Origin: Nanobdellota archaeon | Lineage (GTDB): Archaea > Nanobdellota > Nanobdellia > Woesearchaeales > JAHIVG01 | DNA length: 63,756 nucleotides | Direction: 5' to 3' | Assembly: GCA_018816705.1 (NCBI GenBank) | Contig: JAHIVG010000004.1 | Coordinates: forward strand, 1 to 63,756 | In this document: one piece after another, positions 19,105 to 28,737 of the stretch | Layout of the letters: every line of letters begins with the position of its first letter | Numbering within the stretch: position 1 is the stretch's first letter | Made by a program: the position numbers and the translations under genes | The notes under the pieces: generated by a model | Databases searched by the model: none | Told to the model about the DNA's origin: nothing | What the model saw: the letters and a program-made list of their open reading frames with translations, nothing else

Positions 19105-20355
19105 ATGAAGCTGCAGCTGGCCAAGGGCATGAGGGACATCGAGCCCGAGCAGAAGCTCAGGCGAGACGGGATAGTCACAGCCCTGAAAGCTGTCTTCGAG
19201 CGCTTCGGCTACCTGCCGTTAGAGACACCGACTCTAGAGCGCCTCGAAACATTATCTTCAAAATACGCCGGCGGGGACGAGATACTGAAAGAGACCTTCA
19301 GGCTGAAGGACCAAGGGAAACGAGAGTTAGGATTAAGATACGACCTGACAGTCCCGCTCTCAAGATACATCGGCATGAACCCGCAGCTCAAGATGCCTTT
19401 CAAGCGCTACGCCATAGGCAAGGTCTTCCGCGACGGCCCGATAAAGCTAGGGAGATACAGGGAGTTCTGGCAATTAGACGTCGACATCGTCGGCTCCAAG
19501 TCCATGCGCGCAGACGCAGAAACACTAACGCTAGCAGAAGCGGCCTTCAAGGAGCTAGGGCAGAAAGTCACCATAAAAGTCAACAGCAGAAAGCTGCTGA
19601 ACGGTCTGCTGGAAGATGCGGGAGTCAAGGACAAAGAGACAGTCATACTCACCTTGGACAAGCTTGAGAAGTTCGGCGAGGAAGCAGTCAAGCAAGAGCT
19701 CAAGGAGAAAGGCCTTGATGCCAAGACCATCACGAAGATATTCTCTTTCCTCATCCAGGACCTGAAACAGCTTAAAAAATCCATAAAAGATAAGGAAGGA
19801 CAGGATGGCATAAACGAACTAGAAGAATTATTCATGTTCCTGAAGGCCACCAAGAGCAAGGCTGAATTCGAAGTCTCTTTGGCAAGAGGACTGGCTTACT
19901 ACACCGGCACCGTCTTCGAGGTGTTCCTCAAGGACTCCCCGATAAAGAGCTCGATTGCTGCCGGCGGAAGATATGACAGGATGATAGGGCAGCTCCTCGG
20001 CGGGAAGCAGGATTTTCCGGCAGTGGGCATCAGTTTCGGCCTGGACGTATTGGCAGATGCCCTTCCTAAGGCAGATATCAAGACCAAAACTACATTGTAC
20101 ATCATCCCCATCGGCACTGACACGGAGAGCATGAAGCTCGCCGCGTATTTCCGCAATGCCGGCGTCAATACTGACATCGACGTCATCGGCAGGGGCGTAT
20201 CCAAGAACCTCAACTTCGCCAACACCATGGGCATCCCGCATGTCCTCTTCGTAGGCGAGGACGAGCTCGCCCAGTCGAGGTTCAAGCTGAGGGATATGAA
20301 GACTGGGAAGGAGGAGCTGCTTTCAAGAGAATTGATTATCGAGAAGCTCGCTTGA
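19105..20355 (+). CDS. hisS: Histidine--tRNA ligase
   Basis: LRYDLTVP, GRYREF.Q.DVD, RGLAYYTG.VFE and GGRYD motifs. Confidence 0.97.
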   Translation: MKLQLAKGMRDIEPEQKLRRDGIVTALKAVFERFGYLPLETPTLERLETLSSKYAGGDEILKETFRLKDQGKRELGLRYDLTVPLSRYIGMNPQLKMPFKRYAIGKVFRDGPIKLGRYREFWQLDVDIVGSKSMRADAETLTLAEAAFKELGQKVTIKVNSRKLLNGLLEDAGVKDKETVILTLDKLEKFGEEAVKQELKEKGLDAKTITKIFSFLIQDLKQLKKSIKDKEGQDGINELEELFMFLKATKSKAEFEVSLARGLAYYTGTVFEVFLKDSPIKSSIAAGGRYDRMIGQLLGGKQDFPAVGISFGLDVLADALPKADIKTKTTLYIIPIGTDTESMKLAAYFRNAGVNTDIDVIGRGVSKNLNFANTMGIPHVLFVGEDELAQSRFKLRDMKTGKEELLSRELIIEKLA

Positions 20356-20358
20356 TCC

Positions 20359-20613
20359 TCAGTTCTTATAGATTCTTTTACGGTGGCCGATCTCGATGAC
20401 TAGGATCAACAGCTTGTCGTCCTTGATGTCCATGATCACCCTGTAGTCTCCGACACGCAGGGAGTAGAATGGGCTCCCGACCAACCTCTTGATATGAGAA
20501 TAAGGCCTTATCTTGCATCTCTCCAAGGTCATTACGATCCGTTTTTGGACCACTTTGGAAAATCTTTTCAGCTGCCTGAAAGCCAGTTGAGAATAGTCAA
20601 GTTCGTACATCAC
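20359..20613 (-). CDS. relE: Type II TA toxin, RelE/ParE family
   Basis: LRVGDYRVI and IGHRKRIY motifs. Confidence 0.92.
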   Translation of the reverse strand: MMYELDYSQLAFRQLKRFSKVVQKRIVMTLERCKIRPYSHIKRLVGSPFYSLRVGDYRVIMDIKDDKLLILVIEIGHRKRIYKN

Positions 20614-20828
20614 AGACCAAGCTCCTTCTTCACCTGTTCATGAGTGTACACCCTGCCTTCTCGGATGTCCTTCTCGGCCTGCTTGATGTTCCTCTTGGTC
20701 TCTTCTGAGAGCTCCATGGTGTCCTCGATGAGGTCCCAGATAACCTCTTCATAGCTCTCCCTATCAAACATCTTCCTGGTCTTGAGCTCCTCAACCAGTT
20801 CCTTGCTCACCTGTATGGTGGTTACCAT
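20610..20828 (-). CDS. Antitoxin cognate to RelE
   Basis: 72 aa; TTIQVS..L..L DNA-binding N-terminus, acidic C-terminus (GRVYTHEQVKKELGL); overlaps the toxin start. Confidence 0.85.
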   Translation of the reverse strand: MVTTIQVSKELVEELKTRKMFDRESYEEVIWDLIEDTMELSEETKRNIKQAEKDIREGRVYTHEQVKKELGL

Positions 20829-20867
20829 AGCAACTATATAACTCGCTATAGTATATAAAGATTGCGG

Positions 20868-21557
20868 TCATGAGAATCTGTACTTGACCAGATAGAAAAA
20901 TGCCTTCACGCCGTCCTTCCAGGATATCTTCTTGCCCTGATTTGCGGACCTGGGCTTGTAAGAAATCGGCACCTCGATTATCTTCACACCGCGCTTCAGC
21001 AGGGCTGCTGTCAGCTCCGGTTCGATCTCGAAATGCTTAGCCTTCAGCTTGACACCCTCAAGGCTCTCCTTGTAGAACATCTTGTAGCAGGTCTCCATGT
21101 CTGTTAGCGAGGAGCCGAATAGTATGGATGTGAACAACGAAAGCATGCGGTTCCCGACATAATGCACAGGTATGGCCCATTGGTAGTTGTGCTTCCTCCT
21201 GAACCTCGAGCCGTATATCGCTGTGCCCTTGCCATGCTGGATCAAGGCCTGATACATTTTCACAAGGTCTTCTGGGTTGTATTCCAGGTCTGCGTCCTGT
21301 ATCGTGATTATCTCTCCTGAAGCGTTCTCCAGGCCTGCCCTGATAGCAGTCCCCTTGCCGCCGTTCTTCTTGCTGACAAGCTTGACATCCTTCTTGCCTT
21401 CAGTAAATTTCTGGGCAATCTTTTTCGAGCCATCAGTCGAGCCGTCATCTACCACAACAAGCTCTCTATCTCCGGAAAATTCCAGCGAATACACCTTCTC
21501 AAGAAGCTCCTGCAGGGTCTTCTCCTCGTTGTAGACCGGGATTATGATGCTAAGCAT
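20868..21557 (-). CDS. Glycosyltransferase family 2 (polyprenol-phosphate hexosyltransferase-like)
   Basis: SIIIPVYNE, VDDGSTDG, QDADLEY.P and TDMETCYK motifs. Confidence 0.92.
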   Translation of the reverse strand: MLSIIIPVYNEEKTLQELLEKVYSLEFSGDRELVVVDDGSTDGSKKIAQKFTEGKKDVKLVSKKNGGKGTAIRAGLENASGEIITIQDADLEYNPEDLVKMYQALIQHGKGTAIYGSRFRRKHNYQWAIPVHYVGNRMLSLFTSILFGSSLTDMETCYKMFYKESLEGVKLKAKHFEIEPELTAALLKRGVKIIEVPISYKPRSANQGKKISWKDGVKAFFYLVKYRFS

Positions 21558-22434
21558 TTTTATCGGTTGACACGATGACTTGGTCTTCTGTAAGTATAAG
21601 CGTGTGCTCTGCCTGCGCTACCATGCCGTCTCCTTTTTCCATGAGCGGCGGATAAGCATGCACCGCCTTGTGCATCTTCAGGTCCCTGAAGCCCAGCGTC
21701 ATCTGCCCTTTTGAGAAGTCAAGCCATCTCGTGGCGAACGGGAGATTGTTGTAGGGCTTGATGGCCTTGAGTATCTGCCTTGATATGTTGGTCCTGACAG
21801 CGCCCCGGCCGAGCTGGGAGAATATCATTGCTTCCCCTTTCTCTCTTATCATGCCCGCGCCGTCAGTTGCGAAGGGCTCTATGGCTATGGCTTGCGGCCT
21901 CTCCAATATTTCCGTGTCGCCGGTATCGAAATTGGGTATCGTCGGCTTTCCATGTATCACGAATTCCTGCAATCCGTGTCCTGAGAGGTTCCTGACCGGA
22001 TTGTAGCCGTATCCTGTGATCGCATTCTCGATGGCTGTGCCTATCTCTCCCAAGGACTTGTCTTGTTTCACTGCCTTGATAGCATCAGTCAGGGCTTTCT
22101 CTGCAGCTTCTATCAGCTTCCCATACTTGCCTGAAAGGTCGACTGTGGTTGCCGTGTCTCCGATGAAGCCTTCGACATGCACTCCGACATCTATCTTAAG
22201 AAGTTGGTCAGCAAGGACTGTCTCATCATCCTTTGTCGGTGTATAATGCGCAGCGCATGTGTCCATTGAAAGGTTGACGGGAAATGCGGGCTCTCCTCCG
22301 AGCTCACGTATCTTCTGCTCGACCTGGTCCGCCAGCTCCCGCAGGAGCAGTCCCTTCTTGGTTATGCTCTTGGCATAATCTCTTACCTCGCCGGCTATCT
22401 TGCCGGCCAGCAGCCACTTGTCGAGGTTTTCCAT
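21550..22434 (-). CDS. map: Methionine aminopeptidase, type II (archaeal)
   Basis: AFPVNLS, AAHYTP, KID.GVHV.G.I.DTA, NLSGH, AIEPFAT and Q.EHT motifs; start set at MENL (22434). Confidence 0.95.
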   Translation of the reverse strand: MENLDKWLLAGKIAGEVRDYAKSITKKGLLLRELADQVEQKIRELGGEPAFPVNLSMDTCAAHYTPTKDDETVLADQLLKIDVGVHVEGFIGDTATTVDLSGKYGKLIEAAEKALTDAIKAVKQDKSLGEIGTAIENAITGYGYNPVRNLSGHGLQEFVIHGKPTIPNFDTGDTEILERPQAIAIEPFATDGAGMIREKGEAMIFSQLGRGAVRTNISRQILKAIKPYNNLPFATRWLDFSKGQMTLGFRDLKMHKAVHAYPPLMEKGDGMVAQAEHTLILTEDQVIVSTDKNA

Positions 22435-22507
22435 GCAAGAAGTTTTCCCTGTGTTGTTTATAAATTTTGTGAGAAGATTTAAGTACGAAAACAGTTCTAG
22501 CCATGGC

Positions 22508-23095
22508 ATGGTACAGATTATCCTCGCCTCTGCCTCAGAGCGGAGGAAAGAGCTGATGTTGAGGCTTATAGGCAAGAATTTCACCGTCCTGCCGAGCGGC
22601 TTCGATGAAGATAACACTCTTGATATGGAACCGGAAGAATTAGCCATGCATAATTCGAGGGGAAAGGCAAGAGATGTCGCAAAGCAGCACAGGTCAGCGG
22701 TCGTGATAGGCGTGGACACGCTTGTCTTCAGCCATGGCAAGGTCTTAGGGAAACCCGTCACTCCAGGAAAAGCCAAAGAGATGCTTAAAGGGATCAGCGG
22801 GAAGAACATCACTGTGATCAGCGGGATCACCGTGATCCATGACGGCAAAGAGCAGACTGATTATGAGCTCACAAAGGTGAAGATGAAGGATATGACAGAA
22901 GATGAGATAAACGCTTATGTGGCCTCGGATGAACCCTTGGATAAGGCAGGCGCTTTCGGAGCCATGGATAAGGGCGCATTGATGATAGAGAGTGTGCAAG
23001 GCTCGTTCTACAATGTTGTAGGGTTGCCGATATACAAGCTCAACCTGATGCTGAAAGAGATAGGAATCGAGCTTATGGAAATCCCTAATAGATGA
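22508..23095 (+). CDS. maf: Maf-family nucleoside triphosphate pyrophosphatase
   Basis: IILASAS.RR, DT, GKP, DKAGA and NVVGLP motifs. Confidence 0.93.
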   Translation: MVQIILASASERRKELMLRLIGKNFTVLPSGFDEDNTLDMEPEELAMHNSRGKARDVAKQHRSAVVIGVDTLVFSHGKVLGKPVTPGKAKEMLKGISGKNITVISGITVIHDGKEQTDYELTKVKMKDMTEDEINAYVASDEPLDKAGAFGAMDKGALMIESVQGSFYNVVGLPIYKLNLMLKEIGIELMEIPNR

Positions 23096-23570
23096 CAGCC
23101 ACGACCAATCTCTGTATCTGGTCGAAACGCACCTTCTCAGGATCCGGCCTGTCGTTGTTATCGCCCTGGAATACAGCAAACCAGCCCTCATCGTCATGCC
23201 CTATCTTGATTACCCTATGGATTATCGTGCCCTGTTTTGTCTCATAGCTGACGATGTCACCCACATGAATGTCTTCGGGAGAACCCGGCCTTATCTCGAT
23301 GGCGTTCGCTTCGTAATCTAGGACTGGGTCCATGGAATTCGTATTTACGAATCCAGCCAGTATCGGATTATCGATCGTTATCGTGACAGAGTTGCCGTGT
23401 AGCCTTATGTCGTCCAGGCTTATCCTGTCATGCGGGGATGCCTGCTCAGGCCGGCCTGTGCCTTCCGGCTTCTGTAAAGGAGAAGTGGGGATGGATGCCA
23501 ACAGAGAGTGCGTAAGTACACCTAGTATGAAAACGTTCAATAGTATCATTAGATGTTTTTTGGTTGACAT
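23085..23570 (-). CDS. S26-family signal peptidase I-like protein
   Basis: N-terminal TM; SMDP serine, GDIV, IIHRV histidine, GDNN...D. Confidence 0.85.
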   Translation of the reverse strand: MSTKKHLMILLNVFILGVLTHSLLASIPTSPLQKPEGTGRPEQASPHDRISLDDIRLHGNSVTITIDNPILAGFVNTNSMDPVLDYEANAIEIRPGSPEDIHVGDIVSYETKQGTIIHRVIKIGHDDEGWFAVFQGDNNDRPDPEKVRFDQIQRLVVAVIY

Positions 23571-23663
23571 TTTACCCCCACAGAGTACTAATAGGATTAC
23601 TACTATTTAAATCTTTCGGTTATTAGCTACTACAGAGTAGTTATATAATGACAGAAGAATCTT

Positions 23664-23882
23664 TCACCTGAAAGGCTTTATTGACTCGATCAATCTGGTC
23701 AACGACAACTGTGTCCTGCCGTTGTCCCTTTCCCTGACCTCGATGGTCACACCATGGCCAAGTCCTGTGAGACCGAACACTTTCACCTTCTTAGCATGTT
23801 CTCTAGGCCCCTCTTCGATAGGCTCAGCAGAAAAATAACCCGCCCCCCGACCTAAGTAAGAATCTTTGTCCATGATGATCAC
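23664..23882 (-). CDS. Small hypothetical protein
   Basis: 72-aa ORF downstream of a minus-strand GAAAGATTTAAATA promoter-like motif. Confidence 0.45.
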   Translation of the reverse strand: MIIMDKDSYLGRGAGYFSAEPIEEGPREHAKKVKVFGLTGLGHGVTIEVRERDNGRTQLSLTRLIESIKPFR

Positions 23883-23959
23883 AAGATGGCAATAAGCATA
23901 GCAAGTATTTAAATCTTTCTATTATTCACTACTATTTAGTAAGTAAATCAATATGTGCC

Positions 23960-24358
23960 CTATTTGATCACAAGCGCTTCCATGCCGAACTCGGAGGCGA
24001 TCTCTTCCAGCGCTGACAAGGGCTTCTCCAGCATATTCCCTGAGCCATCGCATTTAACATCATAGCTCCCGAAGCTGACTTTGTCATTGTTCACATCTAC
24101 AGTCATCAGGGTCACATACCTATGAGCGATGACAGTCGAATTATCGATATCATCACGGACATCATATGAGTGGACACCGATATGGCCGGTGGGCTTCCCG
24201 CAGTTCATCCGGTCCATGATGGCCTTTATTACAGGATTGACCTTCTCCTCGAATTCCTCGACAGAGATGTCTTCTCCGCAGAGATAGACGCCGTAAAAAC
24301 CCGGTTTCTTATACACCATCGCCTGTTCAGTCTCTGTTGTCGCTTGATCCCCTTCCAT
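23960..24358 (-). CDS. Hypothetical protein
   Basis: 132-aa ORF abutting the purS-like gene. Confidence 0.65.
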   Translation of the reverse strand: MEGDQATTETEQAMVYKKPGFYGVYLCGEDISVEEFEEKVNPVIKAIMDRMNCGKPTGHIGVHSYDVRDDIDNSTVIAHRYVTLMTVDVNNDKVSFGSYDVKCDGSGNMLEKPLSALEEIASEFGMEALVIK

Positions 24359-24359
24359 C

Positions 24360-24800
24360 TTATTCCCTCAATATCTTTACCTGCTGGTAGTGAGGATTAG
24401 CCAATAACTCATATATAAGGTTTTTTATCTTGACGCCCTTGGAATCCATCACCCACAGCGTCCCTTTTTCGAGATGTTTTATCATGTCAAGGCCGAGCCT
24501 TTCCCTCAACGTATGCAACAAGGCCTCAGGCTCTGCATCATCCTGCACGATGATCCCTGTCTCACCCTTCCGTAATCTTTTCTCGTCGAGGAACCTGACG
24601 AAGTTCTTGTTGGCGTTCACCAGTACGTCGACATCAGAGACGGCCTGTTTGAATCCTTTCTTGCTGCCGTCGACATCGAACATGTAATAATCATAACGCT
24701 TCAATGCCTCGACCTTATGGCCGAGCTTCCGCATGGTCTGCAGCGCAGTCCTGGCAGTTGTGTCAGGTATCTTCAAGCCGACTGCCATCTCGACCTTCAT
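24360..24800 (-). CDS. purS: PurS-like FGAM synthase subunit (double-length)
   Basis: Downstream of purL-purQ; two PurS-like halves ending LVNAN and LLANP. Confidence 0.65.
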   Translation of the reverse strand: MKVEMAVGLKIPDTTARTALQTMRKLGHKVEALKRYDYYMFDVDGSKKGFKQAVSDVDVLVNANKNFVRFLDEKRLRKGETGIIVQDDAEPEALLHTLRERLGLDMIKHLEKGTLWVMDSKGVKIKNLIYELLANPHYQQVKILRE

Positions 24801-25525
24801 CCTCTCCCCTCGATGTATTTCCTCATTGACACGAATATCTTCGATGCCGGTAATAAACCAGGACGGCCCAGCTGGAAGCCGAACGTGGCCCTCTCAGGGT
24901 GTGGCATCATGGCCAACACATTCCCCTCTGGATTGCATATCCCTGCAGCACCGAGAGCGCTGCCGTTTACAGTCTCATCGATCTCACCCACACGATTACA
25001 GTACTGGAATACGAGCTGTTTCCCGAGCCTCTCGAACAATCCTTTCTCCTTGGAGACGAAGCGGCCTTCTGCGTGGGCGATAGGCATCGGAATGATCATC
25101 TTCCTGAGCTGAGAAGTGAACGCTGTCTTCCTGCTGTTCACCCTGACAAGGACCCATCTGCAATAGAAGCCTGGCATTGCCTGGTTTATGTTCGGAGCCA
25201 CACCGAGCTGGACCTCTTTTTTCCACCCTGGTACAAGACCGTTCTCGACCAGCATTTGGCAGCCGTTGCATATGCCCAGCACCGGCTTTCCAAGCGCGGC
25301 CTGCTCCTTTATCACCTGCATGATCGGGTCGCGGGCGGCGATTATCCCTGCGCGTATCCTGTCCTCGTATGACCAGCCTCCTGGCAGGACGTACCCGTCG
25401 TACTTTTCCAGGCCTTCGTTCTTGTTCCACCTGATGATATCTGCCGGCAGCCTGCACTTCCTCAACGCGTATGCTGTCTCGCGCTCGCAGTTCGTGCCCG
25501 GGAACTGTATCACTGCAACCTTCAT
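24797..25525 (-). CDS. purQ: FGAM synthase glutaminase subunit
   Basis: FPGTNCE, PGG.SY.D, GICNGCQ, IAHAEGR and MMPHPER motifs. Confidence 0.96.
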   Translation of the reverse strand: MKVAVIQFPGTNCERETAYALRKCRLPADIIRWNKNEGLEKYDGYVLPGGWSYEDRIRAGIIAARDPIMQVIKEQAALGKPVLGICNGCQMLVENGLVPGWKKEVQLGVAPNINQAMPGFYCRWVLVRVNSRKTAFTSQLRKMIIPMPIAHAEGRFVSKEKGLFERLGKQLVFQYCNRVGEIDETVNGSALGAAGICNPEGNVLAMMPHPERATFGFQLGRPGLLPASKIFVSMRKYIEGRG

Positions 25526-27813
25526 GACATCGCCTCCTTGAGCGAGTTCTGCCATGCCTCTTTCAGGTTGGCTACCGGCTGGTTCCTGAGCCCTTTTATC
25601 ATGAAGTCATCCCTGCAGGTCTTGCCGAGGTTATGGTGCCAGAGTCCTCTCTCCTGAAGCATCCTCTTGACAGCCATCATCTTCTTGCTGTCCACCTCGA
25701 TGACATAGCCAGGGCTCTCTGAGAACAACAATGATGCCAACTCTCCGTTCGGCAACGATACATCAACCCCTAGACCGCCCATGATGGCCATCTCTGCCAG
25801 GCAGCACGCCAGGCCGCCGTCGGAAATGTCATGGCATGACAACAGCAATCCTTTATCTATCGCTTCGATGACGAACTCCATCTTTCCTCTTTCTTCCTTG
25901 AGGACTGGCTTGGGCACATTCTTCCCCAATTCTCCGTGTAGATGATAGAATACAGAGCCGCCTAATTCGTTGTTCCTCTTGCCGATAAGTATCAATCCTG
26001 AGCCTTCTTTCTTCAGGCCTGGGGTTATTGCCTTCTTGTAATCGTCCATGATTCCCAGGCAGGCTATCACCGGGCTTGGTGCCACAGAACTGCCCTTTGA
26101 TGATTCGTTGTAGAATGACACGTTCCCTGAGATGAACGGGATGGGTTCTTTCGAGAACGGCTTGCCTATCTTCCGAGCAGCGTGTGATATCCCTTTGACT
26201 GCCTGGACGAATTCCCAGAAGTACTGCGGCTTCTCGGGGTTGCCGAAGTTCAGGCAGTCTGTCATGGCAACCGGTTTTGCTCCGATGCATGCGACGTTGC
26301 GCATGGCCTCTGCTACTGCATTTATTCCGGCCCAATAAGGGTCGATCTTCCCGTATCTGGGGACTGCATCAGTCGACAATGCCACTCCCACTTTGCTGCC
26401 CGGCAGCGGAGCCAGAAGCCCTGCATCTGCCTTTCCAGGCGGGAAGACTGTCCTGCCTATGACAGAGGTATCGTAATGTTCGTAGATGTGATGTCTTGAG
26501 CAGATGTTGGGATGGGAGAGCATGCTTAGGAATGCCTTGTCCAAGTCGATATCTCTCAGCTTTGACTCTTTGAATGTCCTCTTCGGCGCCTTGGCTTTCC
26601 TTCTATAAGTGACACCAGAAGTCACTTCCATAATAGGTGCGTCGCATACCAGTTCGTCCTTGTACCATAACCTGTAGTCAGGGTTCCTCGTGATCTTGCC
26701 TATGACCTTTGCCTGCGCCTTCTCCGCTATCTCTGGCAGGGCGAAGTCCTCGTTGTATATCCTCAAAAGCTTTGATGTGAATGAAGGCGGGACTACCCAT
26801 GTGAACCTTTCCTGAGTCTCTGAGCAGGCCGTGACCCACGGGTCCATCTCGAATGCTGTGTGGATGTCGTCGATGATGAGTTCAATGCCGAAGCCGGCTG
26901 CCGATCCGAGTTCTGATGTGGCGCACATTATGCCTCCTGCTCCCATGTCTTTGAAGCCTACTGGGATGTTGTCCTTCCTGACCTCTTTGAATACTTGTGC
27001 CGTGGCCCTGAGCAGCATGTTCTTGAGGAAGGGGTCAGGCACCTGCACTGCTCCGCGGTTGGATTCCTTCGCCTGTTCGTCTAAAGTCAGGGATGCGAAG
27101 CTCGCGCCGCCGAAACCTGAGTTGTCGGTTGCCTTTCCCACGACGATGACGTCATACCCGACTGCATTCTCTGGAGCGTAGCTGTGGATGATATCTTTCT
27201 CTTTCACCAGGCCGAGGCAGACAACGTTGACGAGGCAGTTGTCGTCGAAGCTATCATCGAAGTATAGGTCGCCTGCCAATACAGGGATGCCTACTGGGTT
27301 GCCGTAGCCTGCTATGCCGTTCACAACCTCGTTTGCCACATATCTTGTGCGATTCTTGTTCTCGCCGAAAGTATTCCCGAATCTCAATGGATCCGCGGTG
27401 GCGATTATGTCAGCTCCCATGCACAATACGTCTCTCATGATGCCCCCTATTCCTGTTGCAGCGCCCTCGAAGGGCACGACCTGGCTCGGGTGGTTGTGTG
27501 ATTCGTGGCTCATGACGATGCCATATCGTTCTCCCCTGTGTTCGGTCAGGAAGACTATGCCGGAATCCTCCTTCGGACCGAGGATGACGTTTGATGCCTC
27601 AGTCGGGAGCATCTTCAATATCGGCCTGCTGCTCTTGTAGCTGGAGTGCTCAGACCACTGGATGTTGAATATGTGCAGCTCGGTCATGGTCGGGTCCCGA
27701 CTCAATTTCTTGACTATGGACCTGGCCTCCTGCACTGTCAAAGAGAGGGAATTCTTCTTCAAGAAGGCTGCCAGCTGCTTGTCGCTCAGCTTTGATATGT
27801 TTTCAGTCCGCAT
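25522..27813 (-). CDS. purL: FGAM synthase subunit PurL
   Basis: WSEHSSYKSS, ESHNHPS, GAATG.GGI.RD, DCLNFGNP, GNVSFYN and HDISDGG motifs. Confidence 0.97.
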   Translation of the reverse strand: MRTENISKLSDKQLAAFLKKNSLSLTVQEARSIVKKLSRDPTMTELHIFNIQWSEHSSYKSSRPILKMLPTEASNVILGPKEDSGIVFLTEHRGERYGIVMSHESHNHPSQVVPFEGAATGIGGIMRDVLCMGADIIATADPLRFGNTFGENKNRTRYVANEVVNGIAGYGNPVGIPVLAGDLYFDDSFDDNCLVNVVCLGLVKEKDIIHSYAPENAVGYDVIVVGKATDNSGFGGASFASLTLDEQAKESNRGAVQVPDPFLKNMLLRATAQVFKEVRKDNIPVGFKDMGAGGIMCATSELGSAAGFGIELIIDDIHTAFEMDPWVTACSETQERFTWVVPPSFTSKLLRIYNEDFALPEIAEKAQAKVIGKITRNPDYRLWYKDELVCDAPIMEVTSGVTYRRKAKAPKRTFKESKLRDIDLDKAFLSMLSHPNICSRHHIYEHYDTSVIGRTVFPPGKADAGLLAPLPGSKVGVALSTDAVPRYGKIDPYWAGINAVAEAMRNVACIGAKPVAMTDCLNFGNPEKPQYFWEFVQAVKGISHAARKIGKPFSKEPIPFISGNVSFYNESSKGSSVAPSPVIACLGIMDDYKKAITPGLKKEGSGLILIGKRNNELGGSVFYHLHGELGKNVPKPVLKEERGKMEFVIEAIDKGLLLSCHDISDGGLACCLAEMAIMGGLGVDVSLPNGELASLLFSESPGYVIEVDSKKMMAVKRMLQERGLWHHNLGKTCRDDFMIKGLRNQPVANLKEAWQNSLKEAMS

Positions 27814-27843
27814 CTAACCCCGAAAACTGAGAGTTCCGTGCCG

Positions 27844-27860
27844 TATTTAAGGCTTTCGGT
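27844..27860 (-). promoter_or_regulatory. Putative BRE-TATA promoter of purLQS
   Basis: Minus strand ACCGAAAGCCTTAAATA about 30 nt before the purL start; similar ACCG-AAA/TATA motifs precede other minus-strand genes. Confidence 0.5.
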
Positions 27861-27933
27861 GAGTTGCTACTCTTGAATAAATATCAGAAAAACATTTATA
27901 TCAGCCCCTATTCCACTGGAATGGGGGAATGAT

Positions 27934-28737
27934 TTGCCAGAACCATTGAGAGAAGGACCTGCATATGAGAAGCTTACAGCCAGGTTGGAGGGGAATCCGA
28001 AACATTTTGCTAATATTTATACGAATCCCCAAGGTCTGTTGCTAGCTGGAACGCCAACAAGAATGAGTTCTTATTTGATAACCAAGCTAAATGAGGTGAT
28101 GCATGGTTTTGATCATCTGTTTGTCGCTTTTCCAAGGGGCACGGATTCCGATTTTTTTCCAATAGACTTTGTCCCTGTCACTCAAGGCATACCAAACAGA
28201 GAGCGCGATATTGAATTGCTCCCCGGGGTCTTAATATTCCATGAAGGACTTTTCGGAGCCGGCTATGACCCCGATACAGGCCAGTTCTATCGAAATGATG
28301 TTGTCCAGTTTGAGCCAGACATGTTCCATTTCGATGGCCTTGAAGAGGTCACACTTAGCAGGGACTTCAGGCATCCAAATTTCGCAAGCCTTTATGAACC
28401 TGAAATAGACCTGAAACCCAACTCGGAATTGGCATTGAGAGGAAGGATATATTCTGATCTTGGAAGGGTTGATAAACTTAAAACACTTCTTGCAGATGCT
28501 AATCCTGACCTTGCCATACCGGATGATTATGTTCTGTCAAGATGGATAGATTTTTATTGTGCCTGGCTTCTTCACCAAGCAACACCTATTCCTTCTGACG
28601 TGGCTATGGATCATTCATTCATTGCGAAAAAGGTGGAAGGAAGAACAGGAGATGGGACTCATGTTGTGGTCGGTGATATCGGAGGTCAAGTCCCAAAAGG
28701 GACTGTTGTCGCAAAATTAAGACCCTACAAAGGTTAG
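27934..28737 (+). CDS. Hypothetical protein
   Basis: 267-aa ORF with TTG start after a GGGGG SD-like motif; visibly AT-richer than its neighbours. Confidence 0.7.
   Translation: MPEPLREGPAYEKLTARLEGNPKHFANIYTNPQGLLLAGTPTRMSSYLITKLNEVMHGFDHLFVAFPRGTDSDFFPIDFVPVTQGIPNRERDIELLPGVLIFHEGLFGAGYDPDTGQFYRNDVVQFEPDMFHFDGLEEVTLSRDFRHPNFASLYEPEIDLKPNSELALRGRIYSDLGRVDKLKTLLADANPDLAIPDDYVLSRWIDFYCAWLLHQATPIPSDVAMDHSFIAKKVEGRTGDGTHVVVGDIGGQVPKGTVVAKLRPYKG

Noticed and set aside
22435..22848. 138-aa N-terminal extension of Map in the ORF track
   Set aside because: It is the antisense shadow of maf; Map homology starts at MENL (22434)
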